Shown here: piece by piece, positions 62,815-64,000 of the stretch | Layout of the letters: every line of letters starts with the position of its first letter | Numbering within the stretch: position 1 is the first letter of the stretch | From: Macrostomum hystrix | Taxonomy: Eukaryota > Animalia > Platyhelminthes | Length of the DNA stretch: 64,000 nt | Direction: 5' to 3' | Assembly (NCBI GenBank): GCA_950097015.1 | Contig: CATNEN010000001.1 | Location: 2,108,001 to 2,172,000, forward strand | Notes under the pieces: model-generated | Databases searched by the model: none | Told to the model about the DNA's origin: nothing | The model's input: only the letters and a program-made list of their open reading frames with translations | Program-made: the position numbers and the translations under genes

Positions 62815-63350
62815 TGTCAGATAATAATTCATAGGGAGTGAGGTAGCTGTTCAATGGTGAGATAATAATGGACAGGGAGTGAGGTGGCTAGTCTATGGTC
62901 ATGTAAGACCGTGGGTTAGGTTGTAGAACATAACAAAACACGCGAGGAGCCCTCACTGGCTCACGCCAATATATTTAACGGCCAAGTTGGGGTGGGTGCA
63001 ACCACCCTAAGCGAACGCACGCCGCAGCGCTAAACCCCCCACACCAAACAAGCCGCGCGTGCACATCTAATTAAGTGCACGCGCACCAACAAGCCAGACA
63101 CCAGTCAGATAAGAATGGACAGGGAGTGAGGTGGCTAGTCTATGGTCAGATAAGAATGGACAGGGAGTGAGGTGGCTAGTCTATGGTCAGATAAGAATGG
63201 ACAGGGAGTGAGGTGGCTAGTCTATGGTCAGATAAGAATGGACAGGGAGTGAGGTGGCTAGTCTATGGTCAGATAAGAATGGACAGGGAGTGAGGTGGCT
63301 AGTCTATGATCAGATAAGAATGGACAGGGAGTGAGTTGGCTGTTCAATCG
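62815..63350. repeat. 41-bp minisatellite (GTCAGATAAGAATGGACAGGGAGTGAGGTGGCTAGTCTATG)n interrupted by an insertion
   Basis: About 8 units, sharing a 20-bp core with the 52.6-54.3 kb array in inverted orientation. Confidence 0.9.
62902..63103. mobile_element. Probable solo LTR (202 bp)
   Basis: GTCA|TGTAAG...CACCA|GTCA. TG..CA termini and a 4-bp TSD; removing the insert restores the satellite unit. Confidence 0.65.
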
Positions 63351-64000
63351 ATGTATAACAAGGGACGAAGCTACGGAGTGTCACCTTTTTTCCTGCGTTA
63401 GTACATGCGCGATGTACAATGCGCTTTTAGTTGCTGGTTTACCTATGAATTCGACAATAAAAATCCAGATATACAAAAATCTTAGCCGCAATAGTCAAGA
63501 GCCTGCAGTGCTTAAATGTCAAGCAAAGAGATTCTACAGTTAAAGCAAGAGAAAAGACCTGACTGATTTTGAGTGGCTTCACTGCTGCAGACAGTTATGC
63601 ATATTTTCCTTGAATAATAAGCTAAGTATATCTATCCATGGGAAATAAAATCAAGCACTTTCGCAAAGAAGTAGTTAGCTAAGAAAACAATAATTTTCTA
63701 AAAATCGTTTAAACCTCTAAAAGTCAGCAAAAGGCTAATGAGAAAGTAAACTAACTGAAGAGTTTAGAAAGCAAAATGGCAATCACTTTTCCTAGCTAAT
63801 TCATACTCAAATACCTCTAACTCAGCGGTACAGGACACTGTATATACGGTCATGACAGTTCGATTGTCATAAAACATGAGAGTACATATCTCCCATGAAT
63901 TTACCTAGTTGCTCGATAGTCTAGCTGCACCGTTAGTCGATAGAAAATCGAGGGCGATCGTTACCTATTGTGCAACAGAACGTTCAGTAGAGTGAAATGC

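Noticed and set aside
59500-64000. Short ORFs at the right end of the window
   Set aside because: No domain motifs or consistent exon structure; probably intronic or intergenic.

Overview
Eukaryotic (animal) genomic DNA: GC-rich spliced exons lie among AT-rich introns, many minisatellites and transposon debris. The style suggests a flatworm such as Macrostomum lignano (inference only). Supported genes: two tandem genes for a PAN/apple plus ALK/LTK-like glycine-rich protein (the complete copy is secreted; the upstream copy is frameshifted), an intronless UCP2/3-like uncoupling protein, a two-exon C2H2/C2HC zinc-finger gene, a nine-exon CCDC171-like coiled-coil gene, a NEK11-like kinase with degenerate catalytic motifs (HRN, DLC), an orphan secreted Cys-rich peptide, an orphan ORF with a PKI-like RRNAV motif, and a GT31 beta-1,3-glycosyltransferase. 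Mobile DNA: an intact DD34D mariner with ~201-bp TIRs, Buster-type hAT MITEs, a TTAA-flanked MITE family, two tRNA-derived SINE families, a probable solo LTR, and decayed Gypsy, LINE and THAP remnants. There are about 13 tandem arrays with units of 11-80 bp. No CRISPR, rRNA or intact tRNA gene is supported. Gene and family names come from motif recognition, not database searches.
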